A DNA stretch of 64,000 nt, taken from Guillardia theta CCMP2712 (lineage: Eukaryota; Protista; Cryptophyta). The stretch spans positions 197,781-261,780 of the forward strand of contig NW_005434666.1 of assembly GCF_000315625.1 (NCBI RefSeq), in the 5' to 3' direction. The position numbers were made by a program, and so were the translations under genes. This document shows positions 53,781 to 64,000 of this stretch, in pieces. The notes beneath the pieces were generated by a model, which ran no database searches, was not told where the DNA came from, and was given only the letters and a program-made list of their open reading frames with translations. Numbering within the stretch: the stretch's first letter is position 1; each line of letters starts with the position of its first letter.

Positions 53781-54758
53781 TCGGACCCGGGCGCGCCTGG
53801 GGGCCGCCACCTGAACTGTCCGACCCTGGCCGCCTGGCAGACTTTGGCCCGTGATAGCGGCCCGCCGGCGCCAAGCTAGTAGCGGCCGCATCACAGCCCT
53901 TGCGCCGGCAGTGGCCTCATTCAAATAGGAGTACTGTCGGCACTGAGAGTGTCTGAGCCTGCGTCATGCCGGTTCCGCCGGGGGGGGGGGCCCGTGGCTA
54001 CCGAGTCTTCTTAGTCTCTAACGGCTGCCGGGCTGTGGCATCATGCGGGAATGAGCATTCGAGGCTGGGGACGCCCGGCATCCGATCATGTCCCGGGGGG
54101 GTCACTGCCGTGGGCCCCCGGGCCGCCCCGGACCTGACTTATGCCAGTCCTCGGCCGATCAGTACTTCCAGTGACTTCTCTCCGTGCCAACAGGACCGGC
54201 CGGCCGGGCCCCGGGGCCGGGCCCCAATGATCTCAGCCCCGGTGACCAAACTTGAAAGCGAATCAAGGATGGTCCTCCTACCCACGCCGGGGGCTGGCTT
54301 GCCTACCCTACCCCCTCTCTGTCCCCGCTTCTCCCCCTCCTTCTCCTACAACCCTCCATGCGACATCCTTGCCTACCCTACCCCCTCCCCAGACTTCTTG
54401 CCAGTATAATGCTGGCCGGGCAGCGTCGAAAAGTCGGATCAGGCTTCCGAGGGCTCTGTAGTAACAGGCCCGGCTGCCCGTGAATGAGAGTCGGAAAACT
54501 ATCTGCGCTGGGATCGGACCGGTCCTGTCCTGGAGTGCTCTGGGTAGAGACGTAATGCCCGCTCTCTCCACCAGGCCTCTTACAGTACTCTAACGCGATC
54601 GATCTAAAAAAAAGAAGTTGCTGTCCGACTACCCCACGTTTCAGTGCACCCCAGATAGTCGAGGCAGGGGGGTGGAGTGACACGAAAAGGGCCGTCCCTC
54701 CGCCTGCTCCGCCCCTCACAGCGGCAGCTCCTCGCGAATGATCGATCGTTACTGCTCC

Positions 54759-57700
54759 ATGCTCTGGTTTGCACAGAGATGGCAGCCAACGCTGTTGCTG
54801 TTGCTGGCTGTCTGTCTTGTGTTCCCTTGCCTGTCTCAGAAAGTCCCCTCATGGATCGACATGGATAGCACGTTTCGAAGAAACAAAAGAAGCACGGACA
54901 GTTTCTGCATGACATGCGTCCAACGCACATTATTCAGTGAGATACAAGAGAACATGTCTGCTTTCCTGCCCTTCGACATGTGACTGTGCTGTTTCAGGTT
55001 ACAACAGCAACGCAGCATTTCAGCTCCTTGACACATCTAACAAGCTCGAGTATTGGACAGAAATCACAGCCGGGTCAATGGATGGTCCTGGACCGAAGAG
55101 CGGGTTTCAGCTGGTAATGACAAGTGTTGGAGATTCCTTGTATGTTCTGGGCATCTACGGTGAGTTTGACGAGCGTGCCTGTCCTACCTGATGAAGGAGC
55201 TTGATCTGCAGATATCACGGTCACTCAATCGCGAACTGTGGAGCTCTACGAGCTAAACATGTCTACCAACACGTGGACAAACTACACGTCGGAGATGAGA
55301 GGATCGGTGCCTGGACAGCAATATTCCTACAGCTTTTCACCTTACATCGTCACTGTCGCATCCTGTCAAAGATCGCTGTTTGCTGCTGGATTGACAGCAG
55401 TGCTTCAGCTGGACTTGGACACTTTGATATGGAGCGACGTCACAAGTGAACTCCCGAGAGTTTGGTTCGAGTCTGCGCAGTGGAATGCTCCATACCTGTC
55501 GGAGTATCAGGGAGACATCTACATGTCCGCTGTAGATGTAGGAGTTTCACACATGTTGGTCAACCGCGGATGCGGGACATCGGGATGGGAGGTCTATTTC
55601 TCCCTTGCAGAAATTTACAACAGTGCCATGAATATCATCATGAGCGGTGTAACCATCATCAGCAATGCAGCTGGAGTGATTCCTGTGGTAGGTATGCTAC
55701 GATTCAACCGGAATTACACGGATGTCGCAATGATGCTATCCGAGCTGGACAGCACTAACACGTTTGTCCATACCCCCTGTGATGACGGAAACATCTACAT
55801 CGTCGACACCAGCAATGAAGGTTTATGAAGCTAGTTGCTGATGTCGATATGACTTCAGTCTTCAGATATGTACATCATGCGTCCCGAATACCCCAAAGTC
55901 CTTAAAGTGTCCAACTCGGGCGGGGCTGGGATATTACCGGAGGATCAGCTGACCGGCATCACAAACTTTGTGTTAAGCAGATCCTTGATTTCCTGGGGCA
56001 GCAGTCTTGTGACTCAGCGCTATGATGGTGGAGGACATCTTTGCGGTGATGTATCGATCTGACTTCAATGCAGGGACTTATCAGACTTTCGATATGCACA
56101 GCCTGACGTGGTCTCAGATCAACATGATCGATACATACAGCCAGATGTCTCAGATCATACCCCAATACACAACATCCTCCACTATCTTCTCTTGGAATGG
56201 CGACTTGTACGGTTTCACCGATCTGCAAGGTGGCAAGATGTACAAATACGGCGGCAATGGAACATGGAGTCAACACCTACCGGATGTGAGTGTGAGCTTG
56301 GATTCGTATCTGCTTGCAACAGTCGCCTTCAATTCATATAATCTACTCCCGGACTATGCATCAGCTGTATCGGATTCATTTTATGCAATACAGTTCTCCA
56401 TTCAAGTTGAGAGTAAGTCTTTGCCTGAAGTGACTTGGATTCCTGATGTTCTTTGTCCTTCAGATTATTTCTATGGAGAACCTGTGACGGAGGCAGATGT
56501 TTCAAATGGTGGAGTATATCTCTACTATCCTGCCACAGGAAATTGGAACAGGTACAGCGTTGCAAAAGGAGCTCCTTTGAAATATCGCAATTCCATTGCT
56601 GCCACAGACAGGTTTGTGTATCACTTTGGAGGAGCCAACGTGGAGGTGGGCAGTCAGATTGCATGGAGTAAGCAATCACAACATGTTTGTTGAATCTTTT
56701 CTTAGGATTTGTTTTACAGATGTCGACCAAGTCATGGACAGCTGGTTGTACTGCTTCGATCTTGAAGGTCAAGAATGGATCATTCTGTCTAAGTCGCAAA
56801 CCAACTCTCCAACCCCAAGGTTGCATCCCTCCATGGTTGTGTACAAGACAAAGTTGTTTGTTTACGGAGGAATCATCAATTACGATACTGCAAATTTCTG
56901 GGTTGATCTCTACAGCTTTGATCTGGAGACGTTGACATGGACGGAGTTGTTCAGCAAGAATGATCGTCAAGACGGGGCCGTCTTCGTCGGGTTGGTCATA
57001 TCGATGGAGCTGCACAGCATGATCGGCTTGTACTACATCCCCTCTCCCACAACCATCGACCTGATGCTAACTTCTCGCAAGCTCCCCATGGACCGAGAGT
57101 CGACAGGACACATCATGCTTGACCTCCTCACCTCCTACGACTGGGACACCATCCTGCTACCTCCCTGCTCTCACGCTCAAGCCTGCCTCAGCCTCGTCAG
57201 TCAGCTCACCTTGTGCGATCGGTCCTGGATGCCTTGTTTCCTGTCGCTCAAGGGCAGCAACTCGGGGATAACGCTCTTCCATGACGCTGCCATCCTATGC
57301 GACGCCAAGCAAGGATGCTCCGGCATCTCAGCCTCGAACCTCACTCTCTTCTGCTCCGGCTACCGGCAAGGCACCAACGCCGCTCTCCGCATGCTCAGCG
57401 TGGGTGCGCACCTTGAGCTGGACCGAGTGTCGGTGTTTGGATGCTCCAGCCAGGACGACGGGGGCAGCGTGCAGCTGTACGGGGGAGCAACGGGTGCGCT
57501 TGCAAGCAGGCGGTTCGTGGGATCGTCTAGCGCAGGGAGCGGAGGAGCAATCATGCTGCAGGGATCCACCATGAGCATCGTCGACTCAACCTTCGAGGAC
57601 TGCTGGGCCTCAGCTGGGGGAGGAGCGATCGCCCTGCGCAGTCAACCGGTCGACTACTTTCCTACTGTCATGTCTCGCCCAGTCCTGCTGGTCGACCGCT

Positions 57701-60700
57701 CGCGCTTCTTGACAAACTCTGCAGTTGACGGCGGAGCTCTGAGAGCTGAGAACGGGTCCATGATCACGATCAGGAGCAGCGTCTTCAGCAGCAACACGGT
57801 TTCGCGCAATGGCGGGGCGATGTACCTGCAAGCAAGCGATGCGCGCCTCGAAGACGATCAGTTTCTGCACAACGAGGCTGTTGGAGGAGGAGGAGGAGCT
57901 GTCTTGTGGGAGCAGCGGGAGCCGGTAGTCGTCCATCAGAAGGAGTTCATGTCTTCTTCCTCCCTCTGCACGGACGACCAGCAAGGGAATAAGGCCTTTT
58001 ACGGCCCCTGCATCGCCTCAGGTTTCCACCTCCTGCAGCTGGAGGCAGCTGAGAACTCTTTCTACCCTGGAATTCTGTTCAGCCTCAACGTCACCAAGTT
58101 TGACTTCTACCGCCAGCAGGTTCGAACAGATTCGCAGGCCTCGCTGCAGGTCCAGACAGTCCGGCTGTCGAGCAGCAGTGGAGATGCGCTGGTGGTGGAG
58201 TCAAAGAGTATCAATCTCAAGGAGGGAGCGGCAGTCTTCGACATGTCAGTCAAGTCCTACTTCATCGCTTCCTCTCGCTTCCCGTTCGTTCAAGTAAGCG
58301 GCAACCCAGCGATCGAAGTCTTCGGACTCGACGCGGCCTCGGGCCTTCAGATCCAGTCCAACCCCATCGAGATGGAGACTTCTCCAGCTGTATGCCCAGC
58401 AGGGTACGTGCTCAAGGCGGACAGTGCCAGCTTCCCAGCCTTTGCGGTCTGTGACAGGTGCTCTCCTGACTCCTACGCTCTCAACGCCTTCAGCGGGAGC
58501 AACTCTACCCAGCTGGCTTGCCTCCGCTGCCCGCACGGCGTCTCATGCCAAGGAGGAGAGGAGGTGTTCAACGAGGCGGGGTTCTGGTTCAATCGAAGCA
58601 TCCTCCTTCGCCCGGAAATGCAGCGCAAGACCTTGAGGGCGTACAAGTGTGCCGAGGGATCGTGCTTCTCCCACTTCGTCTGCAAGGAAGGGCAGGAGGG
58701 TCGGGTGAGAGTCGATTGCTCCTCTGCGTCTCCTGACCCTTGCCTCTAGCTCTGCGGCCTGTGCAAGCAGGCAGGCCCGAAGGACGACTATTTCTGGAGT
58801 CTTCATCTTGGTGTTTGGCTTGCTGATGTTTCTTGCCGCCTGGTTCGACATGTTTACAATGAGACTGTTTGTGATGGCAGCGGCAGGATCTGGATCTTTC
58901 TGTTGCCTCTTCTCAAGTACCTAGGAATCGTCTCAGCGATAACGCAGATGGTGGATGAACCTGAGAAGAAGGAGGAAGAGAAGGGGAGGACAGGCTTTCT
59001 CTTCCAATGGCTAAGGGTACATCGGACGAAGATCGGATACATCAAGATTCTGATCGGTCCTCACTGCCTCGTATCTTCCCCAGCTGACGAGTCCCTCACA
59101 GGTTTCGTCCAGGTGTCCTCCAGCCTCATCTCCATCTACAACATTCGATGGCCCGACCTCATTGCTCGTCTCCTCACCAACATCGCTTTCATCAGCTTCG
59201 ACTTCATCTCGCTGCCTCAAATATCTTGCACCGCCTCTGACCTCTCCTTCCTAGACCGGCTGCTGCTCTACACAGTCGCTCCGTTGGGCCCCCTCCTCCT
59301 CCTCTCCTTCCCACACCTCATCACTGTGCTTGTCAAGAGGCCCCATTCGGAGGACCTGTCGAGGGACCTGCTCTACAAGCTTATGTTCTGGAGCATGTAT
59401 GTCACCGGAGAGGCAGGAGGGAAGGTTGACCTGGAACAACAGGTTCTTCATCTACATCATCTACATCCCTGTATCTGCCATGGTCGTCAGCACCTTCCTA
59501 TGTCAGGATCTCGGAGACGACGGTAACTGGCTTGCCCGGGATCTGCGCGTTCCCTGCCCTCGCACGTCGGCGAGCTTCTCCTATGGATGGGCCATCTTGA
59601 TGACGCTCGTCTACCCCGTCGGGTTTCCGCTCGTCATACTCACGATCCTCTATCGGTTGAAAGTGCCGAGGCTGGCGCAAGCGAAGCATGAGCACGCCTT
59701 CTTTCAGACCCTGAGCATGATGACCGAACTTGAACAAGTCAATGCTGACTGGAAGGACATGTGAGCGGTGCAAGAGCGATGGCAGGAAGAGTGGGAGACT
59801 TCGGTCTTTGAGCTGATAGACATCACAGATGTGATGAAGTTGCGACAAGTGCTGAACAAGTTAAAGAAGGGAGAAGACCACGATTCTTTGAACTCTGTAC
59901 CGGGGGCCATGTTTACAGCCGTGAGAGAATTCTCCAACGAAAGTCAAGCTGATGAAGTCATCAACAACGCGTTTGAACCGCTCCAGGCCTGGATCGACAA
60001 AGCAGACGAAGAAGAAAAGCGAGAACACCCAGGGGAAAACGCAAACGAGGAGCAGCGGAAGGAGAAGAGGAAGTTTACGACGAAGAAGGACAAGGCGGAG
60101 AAGGACAAGGCGGAGGAGGAGAACGCAGCAGCGGCGGCAGAGGAGGAACAAGACGTAGAAGCGCAGGAAGAGAAGGAAGCAGAAGCGATGGCGAGGAAAC
60201 AACTTCGATCCCTCTGTGACAACCTTGTCAAGCGGGGAATCGTGCAGTTGCCTGTTCTCAGCTGGAAGCAAGCGGAGGGGGCGGTCAAGGAGGGCTCAGT
60301 CTTCGCACAGTCCGAGAGGCACGCGATGCAGATCGCCGGGTTCTTGTTCTCCATGTACGAAGTGAAATACTGGTGGTTCGAGGTGCTGGAGCTGATGCGG
60401 CGTCTGCTCACCTGCATCATCATCAGCTTCTTCTTCACCGGCACCATCTTCCAGGTCGTTGTGGGTCTCATGCTCTTGTTCTTGTCTTTGGCAGCTCACA
60501 GTAGCCTCAAACCCTTCCAAGACATTTCGCAAGACAATATGATGTTCTATGGCCTCATCGCCAACTTTGCCACGCTGCTGTGTGAGTCATGGGGAGGAGG
60601 AGGAGGGGGAGGAGCAGGTGCACGAGCAGGTGGAGGGGGAGGAGGAGGGGGAGGAGCAGGTGCAGGAGCAGGTGGAGGGGGAGGAGGAGGGGGAGGAGGA

Positions 60701-60715
60701 GGGGTAGGAGGTGGA

Positions 60716-60746
<31 letters not shown>

Positions 60747-61020
60747 ATGACCTAGGTGTGCAGATGGAATCAGTTTAAGGCTGATGGAGGTCAGCGAGCT
60801 TCGTATCGATTCAACGACGTACGAGCTTGACCTGGTTCAAATTCTTCTAGTCGCCGCAAACATCTTCGTCCTTGTCTTCCCAATCACCCAGACACTCCTT
60901 GACCTTGTCAATGAGCTAGACTCAAAGTGGTTAGACAGAATGGAGCAGCAAGTCGACAAGGCCCTGTCAAGGATAGCGCACAATTGTCCACACCCAGGAC
61001 ACAGGAGGAGGACGAAGTAG
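54759..61020 (+). CDS. Large surface protein: signal peptide, Kelch repeats, Pmp-like GGA(I/L/V)/FxxN beta-helix repeats, Cys-rich region, multi-TM C-terminus
   Basis: Leader MLWFAQRWQPTLLLLLAVCLVFPCLS; Kelch PTPRLHPSMVVYKTKLFVYGG...DLYSFDLETLTW; FLTNSAVDGGAL, FSSNTVSRNGGAM, FLHNEAVGGGGGAV; CPAGY, CLRCPHGVSCQGG; TM region IKILIGFVQV, YPVGFP, GFLFSMYEVKYWWFE, LKPF. Confidence 0.85.
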
Positions 61021-61099
61021 ACTGCAAGGAGGAGGAGGAGAAGGAGAAGGAGGCGGCGGAGATGGTTTGTAGAATGCAATCACTGTTGCACACTCACAA

Positions 61100-63100
61100 T
61101 GAGCTTGTGCTTCATGTCATCGGTTTCTTCCACATATTCCCTTACAGTGTCCTGATGAGGCGTGGTTGGTACCCACCCCTCAAAACGTGAGCAATGCTGA
61201 GTTCCCTCGGAAGGACGGAGGAGAGAAGATGCTCACATTTTGAGGGGTTGATACCTTTCAGGAGCTACCATCTATCTTTGCATTGGTTTCTTTGCAGCGA
61301 TTCGGCGTAATGTCCCCGCAATGATTCATGTTCGACACATAAAGTTCATTTCTCGTTTTACAGTTCCACGCCGAATTAGCTTTCCTCGCCAAACGGCCAT
61401 GTCCCTGCGCGGCGTACAGTGACTGTGTTGCCCAGCATCACCCACAGGCATCCAGGACTTACTCTGTGGTTACTTGTACAGCGGTCCACCAACTCTGAGG
61501 GACATTGTACCAATATTGGTCCCAAGGTTTCAGCTTAACAACTCAATCCTTCATTCATCTCAATCTTATGCAGTAAAACCAAAGTATCTCGTTATTAATC
61601 CTCTCCTTCTGGAGATAAGCATCGAGAAACGTTTGATCAGACCAGAGCACAGTCCTCTTCTTACATGATCCCTGCTTCCCATCTTGATTGCGAAGCAGTG
61701 GGCTGCCGCAATCAGAAGGCGAGCTGTGTGCGATTGTGGTTGTGGTGCTGTACATGGAAGCAGACGAAGAGGTCCGGGTAGTATCGCCGCCGTTGAGCTC
61801 GAGCTGCAAAGAGATTTGCATTTGTTTTGCCATTCCTCTATCTCCTTATTTAGCGAGTTGTTGGCTTTTGATTTCCCGAACTCCATGTAATCGTTGCCGT
61901 TTGCCAAACGGTGTTTGTAAGACTTGACTGCCATGATCTGACAGAGGGCGTTAACCTCTCTACGGCGCTGTTTGGCTGAAGTCCAAGACTGGCTGAAGAC
62001 CTCATGGTAGTTTTGCTTGTCCAAACGGGAGGAGGATTTCACTGTCGACTGTTCTCTGTTTGATATCCGACATTTCAAGTCACGCATGATGCATTGAGGG
62101 AACAGAGGACCAGTGTTGTCTAAGATCTTGTGCTCAAAAGCATAAGGGTTGAGTCCACAAATAAACATGGTTTGTGAACTGAAAAATTGGCTTTATTGGT
62201 ACAGGGAGTTTGGTGGGAAAGGGCACAGCAGGAGAAGGGGAAGGGACAAGTGGTGATCAGAAAGCTCGTACAGCAAAGGGGAAGCAGACGATTTCGGTGA
62301 AGGAACAGGGAAGGAGAGCTGCGACGGGAAGCGTGGTCGCAGAGGAGGACAAGTAGAGGGTTCAGCCTGTAATAGAACTTTGAGGTGTAACCAGTGAGTA
62401 GCCTCGGAGGTTCAGTATCTTGAAGGGGTGGTTGGCCGGACCAGAGTCAGTTTGTGGATGTTTATCACTTAGACTAGGCTCTGTGTATAAATCACGCAAC
62501 TCAACGGAGCTCGTTTGAAGATCGCTTCTTCCAAGTTGGAGCTTGCTCGAGCCTCGCGGCCTTGAGCGAGACATTCCGTGGGGACAAGTTGTGTCAATCC
62601 GATGATCGGGTGTCGGTGATCCCAACAGCTGCTACCATGGTACTACCGCACGCATCGGAACCCAAGTTTCCATCATCTAGATATCTGTCACGACTATCCC
62701 TAGAATCTTGTATCAAGAGTCAGGAAGGACTTTGTTATGTGGCAAGCATTGATCGCCGGACAAGGATTTGAAGTTGCCAGACCCCTCTTGAGGAGATCAA
62801 ACACAACTCACGATGATGATCGAAAGTGGCATCCTCCCCTGCGCCATGGAACGGAGATACAACCTTTGCATGGACCGCATACAACGTCAAGGAAGTACCC
62901 TTATCCTCAAACTCAACCTCCTCAGCCTCCGGGAATCAGCTTCCTGGGCATCCGACCGTGTCGGACGAGCCGCGAAGAACCGGTGAAATCAGTACCCTCC
63001 CGCACTCGGCAAGGTCCAATGGAGGCAGCCTTCTCGTCCCAAACACAAACAAGTCACACCGTGACACCACGATCACATACATATGATTTACGGGACTAGT
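61100..63100. pseudogene. Unassigned decayed ORF-like sequence (possible mobile element or gene relic)
   Basis: A 200-aa minus-strand ORF (61566-62168) and overlapping stop-interrupted frames, without the local intron/microsatellite texture. No domain recognised. Confidence 0.3.
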
Positions 63101-63319
63101 GTCAATCGGGCCCGGGGTATCCGACGGTGATCCCAACGGCTCTGCTAGCCGCAGTGTGCTAGCCGCCTCTCCAGTGATTGCGACCTCGTACTAATTTTAA
63201 CTTAACTTTGAGTAAAGAGCTCCAACCCGGCCCGGCGGGCCCGTCTACCGTAGTACCGCCTCCCGGCCGCGGGTGCCTTTTCGAAGGTCACTGAACTGTA
63301 GACTCATCAGAGCTGTCAA

Positions 63320-63960
63320 GGGGGTGAAAACCGGCTCATATAACAATTTAAAATAAAATGTATTTAAACTTATTCTTACCACCAACCGTGACAAAAATGG
63401 TTTGAACACCCTACCCCTGGAACAATTCAACATCCCGATGTTCCTCACCCTACCCCCTACTTTCAGTCGCTGATGTGACCGCGGGTCACTGCCTTTATGC
63501 ATCAAGATCCTGAATCTACCACCCCCTCCTCCAACTTCGAAAAATATCCCCAGTTAAGGACCCCCACCTTCCATTTTGAAAGATTTCATGTCACCCCTAC
63601 CCCTAAAATAATGGAAAAGTACCCTACATTTTTCCCTTTCATTATTTCTGTCTGTACCCTCATCAAAGTCATAGTTTTTTTTCAACAACCCACCCCATCA
63701 ACGCCTGATTCGACATTGAAAACTACCCCACCAAGGTGGCGGTTCCGTTTTGAAAAAGAGTCCTTTGAATGTAGATTTCCTTTCTATGACAGATGTATGT
63801 TTTAAATAAGTTTTAAATAAAACAAGTATTTTGAAATTCAGAACAATCCTAGTTTGGTATCTTTCTGTCGGTATCCCCCACAACAAGATCGCACATTTAA
63901 AAGAATATGATTTGAAAATAATACTTATCGCAAAAGTACTTTTTTTAAGTATCTGGAGGT
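63320..63960. repeat. ACCCC/TACCC-rich, AT-rich intergenic degenerate repeat
   Basis: Same motif texture as 6720-7620, 25690-26200 and 32690-33420. Confidence 0.5.
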
Positions 63961-64000
63961 TTCAGAGGATCCGTCGCCGTATGGCAGTGCGCGATACAGG

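Larger units (their letters stand above)
48613..54414 (+). repeat. Tandem duplication: two ~2.8-kb units plus a relic of a third upstream region
   Basis: Units start taggaaagccgcagccgac at 48613 and 51425. They are nearly identical up to about 50961/53761, then the tails diverge. A diverged third upstream fragment lies at about 54260-54414. Confidence 0.97.

Noticed and set aside
48613-54414. Tandem unit interpreted as an LTR retrotransposon or a retrocopy
   Set aside because: No gag/RT/integrase motifs, no TG...CA ends or target-site duplication seen, and the ORF probably contains an intron.
59738-59785. In-frame TGA (59762-59764) between two same-frame ORFs, suggesting readthrough, selenocysteine or a pseudogene
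   Set aside because: A 48-nt GT...CAG intron (59738-59785) of typical local size removes the stop and keeps the frame.
61225-61265. GINPSKCE on the minus strand, resembling a non-LTR reverse transcriptase motif
   Set aside because: No upstream YADD-like or QG motifs were found; the evidence is insufficient.

Overview
Eukaryotic nuclear DNA, gene-dense and GC-rich. It has many short (~43-60 nt) GT-AG introns with a GCTGAC-type branch point, longer microsatellite-filled introns, and three 100-N assembly gaps. The style is most consistent with a cryptophyte alga such as Guillardia theta (inference). Most ORF-track entries are artefacts of simple repeats; the genes below were reassembled by manual splicing. 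In order: a partial low-complexity gene; GDP-mannose 3,5-epimerase; a hypothetical gene; a WD40/IQ protein; an ankyrin protein; a SnoaL-like protein; a small secreted NVFD-repeat protein; SF3B1; LpxK (lipid A 4'-kinase) with a mitochondrial-type presequence; a signal-peptide + LRLRGG + START/cyclase protein; a Cys-rich zinc-finger protein; an RmlD/MAT2B-like-TPR fusion; PHO88/SND3; a PhoD phosphatase; CDC6; a ~2.8-kb tandem duplication of a divergent PP2C-like gene; a large Kelch/Pmp/multi-TM surface protein; and decayed ORFs. The most notable observations are: (1) a leader with a ubiquitin-tail-like LRLRGG whose cleavage would expose a myristoylation consensus; (2) GC-rich palindromic promoter islands whose paralogous copies differ by short fold-back indels next to nearly identical ORFs; (3) a lipid A pathway gene; (4) a catalytically degenerate SDR-TPR fusion. 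No CRISPR array, rRNA, tRNA or intact transposase was recognised.
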